Both the position numbers and the translations under genes were made by a program. Positions 9,954 through 20,159 of a stretch of DNA of 64,000 nucleotides are shown piece by piece (within the stretch, counting starts at the first letter, position 1; the number at the start of each line of letters is the position of its first letter). This DNA is from Candidatus Microsaccharimonas sossegonensis (GTDB lineage Bacteria; Patescibacteriota; Saccharimonadia; Saccharimonadales; Saccharimonadaceae), in NCBI GenBank assembly GCA_004100325.1, contig SCKX01000001.1, positions 291,453-355,452 on the forward strand. The letters are read 5' to 3'. The notes beneath the pieces were generated by a model. The model saw nothing but the letters and a program-made list of their open reading frames with translations. It searched no databases and had not been told where the DNA came from.

Positions 9954-11606
9954 ATGGACGATATAAAAGCCAAACAACAGATTGTCGAAAAGATAAAATC
10001 ATCGACAAACATTTTGGTGACCGTTTCAAATAGTCCTTCGGTTGACGCATTGTCTGCAGCGCTAGGATTAACGCTCCTGTTTGATAAGCTCGACAAGCAT
10101 CCAACAGCGGTTTTTAGCGGTGATGTGCCACCTGCAATCTCGTTTTTGAAGCCCGAGGAAACTTTCGACGAAACGACTGACAGCCTCCGCGACTTTATTA
10201 TTGCGCTTGATAAAGAAAAAGCTGACCACCTGCGCTACAAAGTTGAAGGCGACAGCGTTAAGATCTTTATCACACCGTACAAGACAACAATTACCAGTGA
10301 TGACCTCGAATTCAGCCAGGGTGATTTCAATGTTGAATTGGTTATCGCACTTGGCGTTGACGTCCAGGAACACCTTGACGGCGCCCTCGAATCACACGGA
10401 CAAATCCTTCACGATGCTGATATTATTACCGTGACTGCTGGTGAACAAGTCAGTAACCTCGGTGGAATTGACTGGCACGACGATCAAGCAAGTAGCCTCA
10501 GTGAAATGGTGGCGGGACTTGCCGAAGCATTAAAGACGGACAAGAACAAATCGCTGCTTGATGCATCGATTGCCACTGCCTTCCTAACCGGCATCGTGGC
10601 TGAAACCGATCGCTTTAGTAATACACACACTACTTCCCGAGTCATGACGGTTGCGGCGTCTCTTATGGGAGCTGGTGCTGACCAACAACTGATCGCTTCA
10701 AAATTACAGGAAACGCACGAGATCGGAAACCTGAGCGTCAAAAAAGAAGAAGAGATGGGCGAAGAGCCCGAGGAAGCACCTCAGCCAAAAGAATCATTGA
10801 CGATTAGTCACAAGTCAACTGAAACCCTTGAAGAAATGGACAAGCGTGTCAAAGCAGCCGAGCAAGCCGAAGCTGCCGTCGCTGCCGATGAAGTCTTGAC
10901 TGCCGCAACGGGTCAAACCCCAGAGACACCAAAAAAATCAGAGCCACCAAAACAGCCAGAATCTCCGAACGAACCACAACCGTTACCCGCGCCTGTACAA
11001 CCACAGAGCGAACATACCGGTAACACTTATGCGGCTGGCGCATACGCTTTGGATGAAGACACGCACACTGAAGAACCATCGTTTGGTGGAACGTTAAACG
11101 CCACGACCGAGCAAGCTGCTGAAGACACTCGCCGTGAAGAAGAGAATGATAAGAACAAAACGATTTTAACCCATTCATATCTCGAGTCTTCACCAGCCAG
11201 TACGTCCCCAAGCTCTGCAACTGGGGCTGGGTCATCATATGTGCTGGGACACGATGATGCGACGCCAGCCACGCAACCTGTGCCAGATCAGCCTGCGCCA
11301 GCAGTTTCTATGCCTCATGAACTCGTGATTGAACCACCAGCGGCACCGGTTGTTTCAACTCCAGTCGATCTTGGACTTCCAATGCCCCCACCATTACCAG
11401 ATTTTAGCGCCCAACCAGCCCCGGGGACAGCATACGCCTTTGACGGAGTACCAGCACCTACGCCGGGTCAGCAACCAGCAATACTTGGTGACATCCTCGC
11501 ACCAGAGCCACCGGTTACGCAAACAGCACCGCTCAAGTCGTCAGTCCCACCGACAACAGCTTCGAATGATCCAAGCCAATTCCAGATACCCGGGCAACAG
11601 CCATAG
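9954..11606 (+). CDS. DHH/NrnA-like phosphoesterase domain (degenerate) fused to an acidic Pro-rich disordered tail
   Basis: SPSVDALSAALGL, GIDWHD (DHH position), ASSLSEMV, TGIVAETDRFS; residues after about 260 are low complexity; lies directly upstream of truB; promoter TTGACG(9886)-18-TATAGT(9910). Confidence 0.7.
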   Translation: MDDIKAKQQIVEKIKSSTNILVTVSNSPSVDALSAALGLTLLFDKLDKHPTAVFSGDVPPAISFLKPEETFDETTDSLRDFIIALDKEKADHLRYKVEGDSVKIFITPYKTTITSDDLEFSQGDFNVELVIALGVDVQEHLDGALESHGQILHDADIITVTAGEQVSNLGGIDWHDDQASSLSEMVAGLAEALKTDKNKSLLDASIATAFLTGIVAETDRFSNTHTTSRVMTVAASLMGAGADQQLIASKLQETHEIGNLSVKKEEEMGEEPEEAPQPKESLTISHKSTETLEEMDKRVKAAEQAEAAVAADEVLTAATGQTPETPKKSEPPKQPESPNEPQPLPAPVQPQSEHTGNTYAAGAYALDEDTHTEEPSFGGTLNATTEQAAEDTRREEENDKNKTILTHSYLESSPASTSPSSATGAGSSYVLGHDDATPATQPVPDQPAPAVSMPHELVIEPPAAPVVSTPVDLGLPMPPPLPDFSAQPAPGTAYAFDGVPAPTPGQQPAILGDILAPEPPVTQTAPLKSSVPPTTASNDPSQFQIPGQQP

Positions 11607-11652
11607 GCGCACCGTTCGACCCACTGGGAACAAGTAAGATATAATCTTATTC

Positions 11653-12318
11653 ATGCAAGAAGACAGCATTCTTTTGATTGACAAACCAAGCGGCATGACT
11701 AGCTTTGGTGTTGTTGCGCGTGTCCGTCGGAAATTATCGCAACAACTAGGCAAGAAAGCTAAAGTCGGGCACACTGGCACGCTTGATCCATTTGCGACCG
11801 GCCTGATGATTATAGTGACCGGTAAAGAATGTCGTAATGCCGGAACGTATTCAAAACTCGACAAAGTCTACGAGGCTGTCGTTCGATTAGGGCAGACCAG
11901 TTCGACGGGCGACCCGGAGGGTGAAATCTCGGACGTGTCCGATATTCAGCCGACGCTTGATGAAATTAATGATGCCTTACGCCAGTTTGTCGGTGAGATA
12001 CAACAGACGCCACCAATCTACAGCGCTATTAAGATTAACGGGCAGCGAGCCTACAAGCTTGCTCGAAATGGTAGCACTGCTGAGACGATTGAAATGCCAG
12101 TTCGCACCGTCACAATCTATAGCCTAGAACTAGTTGAGTATACCTATCCAGATATCAAGGTTCGCGTCCACGTCAGTAGCGGAACCTATATTAGAACACT
12201 GGCTGAGGACATCGGAAAAGTCCTTGGAACTGGCGCCTACTGCACCGAACTTCGCCGAACAAACATCGCCGACTTTCGGGTCGGCGATGCGGTGCTGCTA
12301 GATGTTGGTCAACTTTAG
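11653..12318 (+). CDS. truB: tRNA pseudouridine(55) synthase
   Basis: IDKPSGMTS, KVGHTGTLDPFATG, YSAIKINGQRAYKLAR, SSGTYIRTLAEDIG. Confidence 0.96.
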   Translation: MQEDSILLIDKPSGMTSFGVVARVRRKLSQQLGKKAKVGHTGTLDPFATGLMIIVTGKECRNAGTYSKLDKVYEAVVRLGQTSSTGDPEGEISDVSDIQPTLDEINDALRQFVGEIQQTPPIYSAIKINGQRAYKLARNGSTAETIEMPVRTVTIYSLELVEYTYPDIKVRVHVSSGTYIRTLAEDIGKVLGTGAYCTELRRTNIADFRVGDAVLLDVGQL

Positions 12319-14984
12319 AAGGTTTCGTCGATTTTTTCGATTGCGTCTTTACGGTCACCAGTGCGTGGCTTAATGCGTACGTCAGTTGCTGCAATGTGAG
12401 CTTGTTTCTTAACACGCTCTAATGCAACATTGATATCACCATGTCCGGCAGGGTCAAGGTTACCAACGGCAAACTTATCATCCGCGACAGTAATTCTTCC
12501 ACTAAGAAGCTCATCCCTGACGTCAATATATGTCTGTAGTGAGTTTTTGTGGTGAGTTGCCATCAGTTCAGCAGATAGCTTACCATTGACGAGGAATTCA
12601 GCAGCACGCTGTTTGAGGTAGGCTTCATCAGCGATACCTTGTCGAACGGCATCGCGGGTTTCGCCATCAAAATACGCACCCTTTGTTTCCCAGTTTCCAG
12701 CTTCCATTGCTTCGGCGATGACATTGCGGTATGGCGCATAGTCTGCGCTACTAGCGTTCTTAATGATTGCCGCACCCATGCCGTATGGCGCAGCCTTAAT
12801 TGTATCAACGATGGCAACTTCACGGGTATAGATATCTGCTGGGGTAAACTGGCGGATAGTGCCATTCGAGTCCCTTCCCACAACGGCTCGCCCATTTGCA
12901 AGCTCGTTGCGTTGATCGACAGACAGTTTGAAGTAACTTGCGAGTGAACGTGCCGCAGCAACATTTTCATCATGTGCTTTAAATTCAGTAGCGATTGCGC
13001 TTGCCAGCGCAACATTAGCTGCTTTCTGACCGCCAACTCCGCCAGCCAGGATCTGCAGGTGATCTTCGCGTATAAAGCGTGTCGTCCAGTTGTCCTCGAT
13101 GACATCATGTGCGGACTTGCGGCGAATGGCACTGAGTGCTAGCTCTTCATGCGAGGATCGCAGCGAGTGCGTTATCTGGCTTAATTCACCAGTGACAGCA
13201 ACTCGACCAGAGCGATATTCTTCAATTTGTGTTTCAGTTTCTTTCATGGTAACTTCGACACGTTGCTTCAAATCCTCCAATTGAAGATTTTGAAGGTGAA
13301 GTTGACTCCCGCGACTATTAATTTCCTGCTGAATGTGTTCTTTAAGCGTGTTGTCAACGATGTTTTTCTCTTGTTCAGCTTCAAACATTTGCTTATGTAG
13401 CTTAACGTAGCCTTTTGAACGATGATAGCGGTTATCGGCTTCACTTGTATAAAGCGCTGTGCGATCTTTCACACGACGTTTGCTGTTATCCATTGCGCGC
13501 GCAATACGTCGTGCGCCGTTATACCATCTGAGCTTATCATCACGGAGCCCTTGCTGTTTATGCATCGCTAAACTGTCTGCAGACCAGCTCTTTGTGCGGT
13601 CCATAAGACCTTTCTTCGGAGCATTGATAATGCCGGCGATCTTTCCGAGCAGACCTCCGCTCAGGCGAAGAAGGAGCGGAGAGATGGCGAGCGGTGCAAC
13701 TTGAACTGCCATACCAAAGATGACACCAAAAATGTTGGTTGCATTTTGAATAATCAACCCACCGGCAAGCTGTGAGCCACCAAAGACGAGCGAGAATGCC
13801 GGGAAAAAGACAAGCATCGTCGTGAAAAGTTCACGCCATTTCTTGAACCACTGTTCGGTGTTCGGCAACAGATAGGCAACAAAGGCAAGCGGGGCAACAA
13901 CAATCAGGATAATAATAATTGCTTGACGGGCAGCCAAGATAAGTAATACAGCAAGAATCGTCAAAAGAAGTCCGATGAGAACAGGCACCAGCAAGTAGAT
14001 TGCGCCAGCGACAGTGCCACCGGTTGCAGCGATAAGGCCAATCGTCGCGGCGCCACCCGACAGGACGAAGGCGGCAATTGCAGACCACCCCATGCCGTTA
14101 GTATTTGCCCAAGTATCATTGTTAATATTAAACGTGTTTTGTCGGATTTGAACAAAAATATCCTGGAGCGAGTATCCAAGGATATTTGAAAGGTCGACCG
14201 CAATCGAAGAGATAAAGTATGAAAGGTTCACCAGCACTGCCGCCACAATCAGGCGAGGGAGAAGCTTTTTAAGGCCATAATTACTAATGCCAATGTTCGT
14301 TAGCTGAGAGTAAATAATAATCAGAAAGACAATAATGAACGCCACGTTGGCGATACTACGCATGATGTTCCATGCGGTGTAAAGATCGTTGCCAGTATTG
14401 GTTGTTTTTGCGGGCTGGACAACAAGGAACCCCTTCATGATATTAAAGATATTGTCCATGCCATCAGCCAGGAAGGTCGTGACAGGACAGATAATCCACC
14501 CGACACCTTGAATGGTACAAGAACTGTAACTGCTTTCGCTACCTTTTGGAGTGATGGTAATTGCTTGCTTGTCAGTCGGGTTTGAGAATACCTTGCTCGA
14601 CGAATAATCGTAGGTCGCAAACGATGCAGTCTTTTCTTTTGGAGGATCTGTCCCAGATGTAAAGTAAATCACATATGCTTTTTGTGTCGTCGGGGGTGTT
14701 GACGTATTTGTTTGGTTTGTCGACGTCGGTATATAGATGTAATAAGGCGTGCCTTCTGGTAAACCGATACTATCATTAGCAGCTGCGTTTCCAGCTGGAA
14801 AATATTCATTTCCGTTATAAAGGATGTTGTTACCTTTCCAACTCGCTGTTGGATCAGCTGCATAGGTAAGGGTGTGATTGCCGAAGGTGACCCATAGTAA
14901 GGCCGTCATAAACACGGTCAACGCAAACGTTAAGATGCTTCGTGCGGAGAGCCCTCGGCGCGAAGTGGACCACACTCGTTCCAT
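12315..14984 (-). CDS. Large polytopic membrane protein, VirB6/TrbL-like
   Basis: N-terminal TM/signal and extracellular domain; about 7 TM helices (WNIMRSIANVAFII...LPRLIVAAVLVNLS...PLAFVAYLLPNTEQWFKKW); long cytoplasmic helical tail. The family call is from recalled CPR homologs. Confidence 0.55.
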   Translation of the reverse strand: MERVWSTSRRGLSARSILTFALTVFMTALLWVTFGNHTLTYAADPTASWKGNNILYNGNEYFPAGNAAANDSIGLPEGTPYYIYIPTSTNQTNTSTPPTTQKAYVIYFTSGTDPPKEKTASFATYDYSSSKVFSNPTDKQAITITPKGSESSYSSCTIQGVGWIICPVTTFLADGMDNIFNIMKGFLVVQPAKTTNTGNDLYTAWNIMRSIANVAFIIVFLIIIYSQLTNIGISNYGLKKLLPRLIVAAVLVNLSYFISSIAVDLSNILGYSLQDIFVQIRQNTFNINNDTWANTNGMGWSAIAAFVLSGGAATIGLIAATGGTVAGAIYLLVPVLIGLLLTILAVLLILAARQAIIIILIVVAPLAFVAYLLPNTEQWFKKWRELFTTMLVFFPAFSLVFGGSQLAGGLIIQNATNIFGVIFGMAVQVAPLAISPLLLRLSGGLLGKIAGIINAPKKGLMDRTKSWSADSLAMHKQQGLRDDKLRWYNGARRIARAMDNSKRRVKDRTALYTSEADNRYHRSKGYVKLHKQMFEAEQEKNIVDNTLKEHIQQEINSRGSQLHLQNLQLEDLKQRVEVTMKETETQIEEYRSGRVAVTGELSQITHSLRSSHEELALSAIRRKSAHDVIEDNWTTRFIREDHLQILAGGVGGQKAANVALASAIATEFKAHDENVAAARSLASYFKLSVDQRNELANGRAVVGRDSNGTIRQFTPADIYTREVAIVDTIKAAPYGMGAAIIKNASSADYAPYRNVIAEAMEAGNWETKGAYFDGETRDAVRQGIADEAYLKQRAAEFLVNGKLSAELMATHHKNSLQTYIDVRDELLSGRITVADDKFAVGNLDPAGHGDINVALERVKKQAHIAATDVRIKPRTGDRKDAIEKIDETF

Positions 14985-15073
14985 ATCTCTGTAACAATAG
15001 CATAGAACAGATTAAAAGTCAATGATGCTAACCTCTTGAAAGGTGGGAATAATTCTGGTACAATACACACCTG

Positions 15074-15340
15074 ATGATTACAGCAGACACCAAGGCAACA
15101 GCATTTAGCCTGGCCCAAACCCACAAAACCGATGTCGGCAGCCCGCAGGCTCAAGCGTCAGTGCTAACGACTCGTATCAAAGAGATTACCAAGCACTTAA
15201 AGGTCAACAAGCACGACCATATGGCTCGTCGCGGACTTATCCAAATGGTTGCTCGCCGTAAAAAGCTTTTGAAATACCTCGAAGCCAAAGACTTCGAAGC
15301 CTATAAAGCGACCGTCGCGAAACTCGGACTCCGTAAATAA
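15074..15340 (+). CDS. rpsO: 30S ribosomal protein S15
   Basis: DVGSPQAQ, HLKVNKHDHMARRGL, RRKKLLKYL, LGLRK. Confidence 0.97.
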   Translation: MITADTKATAFSLAQTHKTDVGSPQAQASVLTTRIKEITKHLKVNKHDHMARRGLIQMVARRKKLLKYLEAKDFEAYKATVAKLGLRK

Positions 15341-15356
15341 TACGGGGTTCTTTTTT
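15327..15356 (+). terminator. Intrinsic terminator after rpsO
   Basis: CTCCGTA-aataa-TACGGGG stem followed by a T tract. Confidence 0.6.
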
Positions 15357-15394
15357 ATTGATTTAAATAGTTTCGATCTGTAGAGTTGTGATAG

Positions 15395-17196
15395 ATGAGT
15401 GATTTGAAACGAACGTTGTCGGCCAAGGACCGGGTACTCGGTATTGGGCGAGTTGCCAAGATTACCTATCAGGCAGCGCCACTGGGGGTATTCATAAAGT
15501 CTTTCTGAGTTATTGTAAATTCTGTTCTTCCGATTATTACAACATATTTTGCGGCACTGACGACAACTTCATTGGCTCAGGCTTATGCCGGTGATGGATC
15601 GGCTGGTAGTCGAGCACTTCGGTATGTGATTATAACGGTGATTCTTGGGATTGCCTTAACCGCCTGGAGCAGCGTTGAGCAATATGTCAACCAATTTGTT
15701 CGTTACAAGATCGACGCCGTTATCAATGATAAGTTGTATGAACAGTTTCTGGGACTAGACTTCTGGCGCTATGATGATAAAAATACAGTCGATCTGTTTG
15801 ATAAAGCCCAGCAATTTTCTCGTTTCTTTGGCTACGTGTTCGATAGGCTAACTAGCGTCATACAACAAGTCGTCACAATGGTCGCTGGGTTAATAGGACT
15901 GATGTTTGTTAGCTGGTGGTTGGGGGTAATTTTGATACTCGCTGTTATTCCTGGCATGTTTATTCAATACAGACTTTCGAAAGCACAAATTGCGCATTGG
16001 GCGAGCAATGTAGAAACCAGGCGTATGACGAATATGATCGAATGGGGGATGTTTAAAGTTTCAACTATTGCAGAGCTACGTATGTATGGTATGGTCAAGC
16101 ATCTCTTATCACTTCGTCGAAGTCTGCGCGAGAAAGATGTCAAAGACCGGATTGATTTCGAACGGCAGTATATTTTTAAGAGATTAATGGCTGATGTCGT
16201 CGAGTCTGCGGCTGAAGTTACTGCTCTGATATTCACTGCATTGCAAATCGTTGCGCGGGTACAGCCAATCGGACAGTTTCTGTATGTTCAGCAGGTTGTA
16301 TCACGAGCACTGAGTGGCTCAAGGGGCGTTATATCTGAGTTCAATAGTATTGATGAAGATGTTGCAAATCTGTTCGACTACAATCAATTTATGGAACTGC
16401 CACAGGCACGGCATCGACAAAAGAACTTATATAAAAAACCTAAACAGATCATATTTGACGACGTATCGTTTCACTATCCTGCCAACGATACTCAAGTGCT
16501 GCAGCACATATCTCTTGTTATTGACGAGGGTGCACATATTGCGATCGTTGGAGAAAATGGTGCCGGCAAGTCAACCTTTACAAAACTTTTGCTTGGCCTA
16601 TATAGCCCGACAGACGGGACTGTTACGGTTGATGGTGTTAATCTGGCCGATGTAAAGTTAGCGGACTGCACGCGTATATTGGGGTTTTGCAGCAAGATTT
16701 TACAGCATTTTCATTTGCGAATGCGAAAGATAATGTGTTGCTTGGTGATATTACCAATTCCTATGATGACAAACGGTTTCATGACGCACTTTCACGTGCT
16801 GAAGCAAAAACATTCCTTGAGAAGCTACCAAAGGGCGTTGATACATACGTCAATCAATGGATGGAGCATAGCGATGGAACCTCCGGTGTCGATCTTTCGG
16901 GCGGGCAGTGGCAGCGCTTGGCGCTAGCTCGTAATTTCTACCGTGATAGTCCAATCATCATTTTGGATGAGCCGACCAGTGCAATTGATGCGCTTGCTGA
17001 ATCACGCATTTTCCAGCGGCTCCTAAGCGATAAAAAGAAAACTATTATTACAATAAGCCATCGCCTGACGACAGTAGAAAAGGCGGATATCATATATATG
17101 TTTGAAGCTGGCGTTATTGTAGAGCAGGGTACGCACGACTATCTCGTGAAGAAACGTGGTTCATATTATCATATGTTTGAGAGCCAACTACGCTAA
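15395..17196 (+). pseudogene. ABC exporter (fused permease/ATPase, MsbA-like) disrupted by an in-frame TGA and a frameshift
   Basis: ATG 15395 is in frame with ORF 15572 but interrupted by TGA 15506-15508. Walker A GENGAGKST is in ORF 15572; signature LSGGQWQR and Walker B ILDEPT are in a second frame (ORF 16687). Adding one G at about 16668 restores D-W-H-A-Y-I-G-V-L-Q-Q-D-F. Confidence 0.8.
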
Positions 17197-17227
17197 TATT
17201 GGATGGCCTGAGAAGGAACCCACAAAG

Positions 17228-17296
17228 CAGTAGCGTACAAAAATCGCTATCGCCCGAGTGGAGTTCCTCTCGGGCGATAGCACTTAGACAGTAGCG
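17228..17296. repeat. 13-bp perfect hairpin flanked by 8-bp direct repeats
   Basis: GCTATCGCCCGAG (17246-17258) / CTCGGGCGATAGC (17269-17281); CAGTAGCG at 17228 and 17289. Confidence 0.7.
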
Positions 17297-17341
17297 CAAA
17301 ATTTATGTATTCTTATGAAAGAATGTAAAAATTTTTTATTA

Positions 17342-17803
17342 CTAAGCTAACTTAGAGTAGATATAAACTGGACGATCGTTTTCAACGTAGTCAGTGATAT
17401 CTATCGTTTGTAAGAAGTCGGGAAGTATTGGATTCGTCTTTGGATCGATAAAATCTGCCCGGGCTATTTCTAGAAATCCATGTGTTGTCGCATTTAAGTT
17501 GATTGATTCGTAGTCTGCCGTATTCTCAATGAGAAAAAAGAACTCCAGGTGCTCTTTAGTTGCATCCGATGGTTCCGCAAACTGTTGAATAAATAAAAGT
17601 TTACCTATCTTTGGTGCGATGCCCGTTTCTTCAATCATTTCCCGGTATAAGCCGTCTGTTAAGGACTCTAGTGGATCAAGCCCACCGCCGAATGTTGCCC
17701 AGTTTTTGGCTTCGTTACCATCATTGTCTTTTTGCTTTGTGGCAAGTATTTTGCCGTCACGATAAATTATACCCCGTATTGCCACGCGTCGATTTGCGTT
17801 CAT
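17342..17803 (-). CDS. NUDIX hydrolase
   Basis: Intact Nudix box GLDPLESLTDGLYREMIEETG; SD GGAGG upstream. Confidence 0.9.
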   Translation of the reverse strand: MNANRRVAIRGIIYRDGKILATKQKDNDGNEAKNWATFGGGLDPLESLTDGLYREMIEETGIAPKIGKLLFIQQFAEPSDATKEHLEFFFLIENTADYESINLNATTHGFLEIARADFIDPKTNPILPDFLQTIDITDYVENDRPVYIYSKLA

Positions 17804-18050
17804 AAAGAACCTCCATGATTAATTAACTTGTGTTGTAAGAAGACGCAATTGGTTCGGCCGTCCGAACGTATGCGAGTAGAGGAACCCCATTGATAGGTGC
17901 AGGTTCATAGTAATAAAAATAGTAACATACTTAACAGTGGTATAATAGTATAGTCAACGTGCATGGATGAGGTGCTGGATGCAGGTATTTTGAATACAAA
18001 ATGCGTACACCCGTTACCTTCACCCTGCTTTAATAAAAGAGGAGCCTAAC

Positions 18051-20159
18051 ATGGCAACAATCAACCCTTATGGTAAGGATATTATTACAGTAACCACAGA
18101 GTTTGAGGGACGACCTCTGACGCTGGAAGTGAATCGAGTCGGATTTCGCACCTCTGGAAGTGTGCTGGTGACATATGGTGACACCGTCATTCTCGGATCT
18201 GCCCAAGTTGGAACGCGTCCCATTGTCCTTGATTATTTCCCACTTTCCATCGACTATGAAGAAAAAATGTATGCAGCGGGAAAAATTAGTGGAAGTCGTT
18301 TCATTAAACGCGAAGGTCGTCCATCTGATGAGGCGATTTTGATCGGACGCATTATTGACCGCCCAATTCGTCCGCTGTTTCCAAAAGGTTATCGCCAAGA
18401 GGTGCAAGTAGTTGCCAGCGTCCTCTCGATGGATCCATCATTTCGTCCTGATATGATCGCGATGATTGCTGCTTCTAGCGCGCTGATGCTAACTGGAACA
18501 CCGTTTGATGGTCCTGTGGCCGGACTCCGGATTGGTCGTCTTAATGGCAAGTTCAAAGCCTTCCTCAGCCCCGAAGAACGTGAACAGAGTGACCTTGACC
18601 TAGTCGTTGCTGGTATCGAAAGTGGCATCACGATGGTAGAAGCTGGTGCCGACCAAGTGCCCGAAGAGGTGGTCGCTGATGCACTTGCCTGGGCATTTGA
18701 ACATTATCAACCTGCAATTAAGCTCCAACAGGAATTGGCTGAAAAAGTTGCGCCTGCTACACAGGAATATACCCTGGTTCTTCCTGAAGAGGGGATTCAA
18801 CAAGAAGTGGATGCTTGGGTAAAGGGTAAATTAGGTGAAGCGATCCGCCGGCCATACCCGGAGCGAAACGAACTAGTAAATCAACTTCGCTGGACATTCC
18901 ACGAGGAAATGGGCGAGAAAATTGGTGATGATTATGCCAACGATAAATATGATGAAGCTTTCACCCTGGCGGTGCACAAAGATGTTCGCCGCGGTATTGT
19001 CGATGATAACCTTCGTCCTGACGGTCGTCGGCTTGACGAAATTCGCCCACTGTCCAGCGAAGTAGGGGTCTTGCCTCGTACTCACGGATCATCGCTGTTT
19101 ACACGTGGTATGACGCAAGGTCTAAATATCGTGACCTTGGCGCCACTCAGCTATGCGCAGTTGGTTGACACGATGGAAGTTTCGGACGGTGAACGCCGTT
19201 ACATGCACCATTACAATGCCCCAGGCTACACTGTCGGTGAAGTCCAACGGCTTGGTGGTCCTGGTCGGCGCGAAATCGGACATGGCTACCTCGCTGAACG
19301 TGCGATTCTACCGGTTCTTCCAGCTGAGGAAGACTTTCCTTACGCTATTCGTAGCGTCACCGAGATCATGAGCCAAAATGGTTCAACTTCCATGGCGGCA
19401 ACCTGTAGTTCAACCTTGGCACTGATGGATGCCGGAGTGCCAATTACGGCTCCAGTATCTGGTATTGCGATGGGTCTGATGATGGACGGCAACACACCCT
19501 ACATTCTTTCTGACATTGCCGATGCTGAGGATTTTGCTGGTGACATGGACTTTAAGTCCGCGGGAACCGCTGCCGGTATTACGGCGCTGCAAATGGATAT
19601 GAAGGTACATGGTTTGCCTGTCGAGATTCTGCGTGATGCACTGCTGACAGCAAAAAAAGGACGTGCCCACATTCTTGAACATATGTTGACGACACTTGCC
19701 GAGCCGCGAAAAGAGCTCAGTCCCTACGCGCCACGTATAGAAAAGATTAAAATTAATCCTGAAAAGATTGGTGCGGTGATTGGTAAGGCTGGCGAAGTGA
19801 TTAACAAGATTACCGCCGAGACTGGTGCTGAAATCGACATCAAGGAGGACGGTTTAATTACCGTCGCAGGATCAGACCCAAGCAAAATTCAACAGGCAAT
19901 TGACTGGATCCGCTCACTGACCGAAGAAGCCGAAGTAGGCAAGATTTACACTGGGACTGTCGTCAGTCTTAAAGACTTTGGTGCCTTTATTAACATCATG
20001 CCCGGTCAAGACGGTATGGTGCATATCTCCCAGCTCTCAAACGAACGTGTTGAAAAAGTTGAAGACGTGCTGCACGAAGGACAGGTCGTCAAGGCAAAGC
20101 TTATCGGTATTGATGAACGCGGACGCCTCAGCCTGAGTCTTAAAGACGTCGAGCAGTAA
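18051..20159 (+). CDS. pnp: Polyribonucleotide nucleotidyltransferase
   Basis: FIKREGRPS, RPDGR, RREIGHG, SNGS-like QNGSTSMA, GDMDFK, KH and S1 domains; promoter TG-G-TATAAT 17938-17946. Confidence 0.98.
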   Translation: MATINPYGKDIITVTTEFEGRPLTLEVNRVGFRTSGSVLVTYGDTVILGSAQVGTRPIVLDYFPLSIDYEEKMYAAGKISGSRFIKREGRPSDEAILIGRIIDRPIRPLFPKGYRQEVQVVASVLSMDPSFRPDMIAMIAASSALMLTGTPFDGPVAGLRIGRLNGKFKAFLSPEEREQSDLDLVVAGIESGITMVEAGADQVPEEVVADALAWAFEHYQPAIKLQQELAEKVAPATQEYTLVLPEEGIQQEVDAWVKGKLGEAIRRPYPERNELVNQLRWTFHEEMGEKIGDDYANDKYDEAFTLAVHKDVRRGIVDDNLRPDGRRLDEIRPLSSEVGVLPRTHGSSLFTRGMTQGLNIVTLAPLSYAQLVDTMEVSDGERRYMHHYNAPGYTVGEVQRLGGPGRREIGHGYLAERAILPVLPAEEDFPYAIRSVTEIMSQNGSTSMAATCSSTLALMDAGVPITAPVSGIAMGLMMDGNTPYILSDIADAEDFAGDMDFKSAGTAAGITALQMDMKVHGLPVEILRDALLTAKKGRAHILEHMLTTLAEPRKELSPYAPRIEKIKINPEKIGAVIGKAGEVINKITAETGAEIDIKEDGLITVAGSDPSKIQQAIDWIRSLTEEAEVGKIYTGTVVSLKDFGAFINIMPGQDGMVHISQLSNERVEKVEDVLHEGQVVKAKLIGIDERGRLSLSLKDVEQ

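Noticed and set aside
15506-15508. In-frame TGA as evidence for UGA=Gly recoding (code 25) or selenocysteine
   Set aside because: TGA is the normal stop of polA (6436-6438) and pilM (34407-34409). No other long gene has internal TGA, the same gene also has a frameshift, and the position is not a redox-active site.
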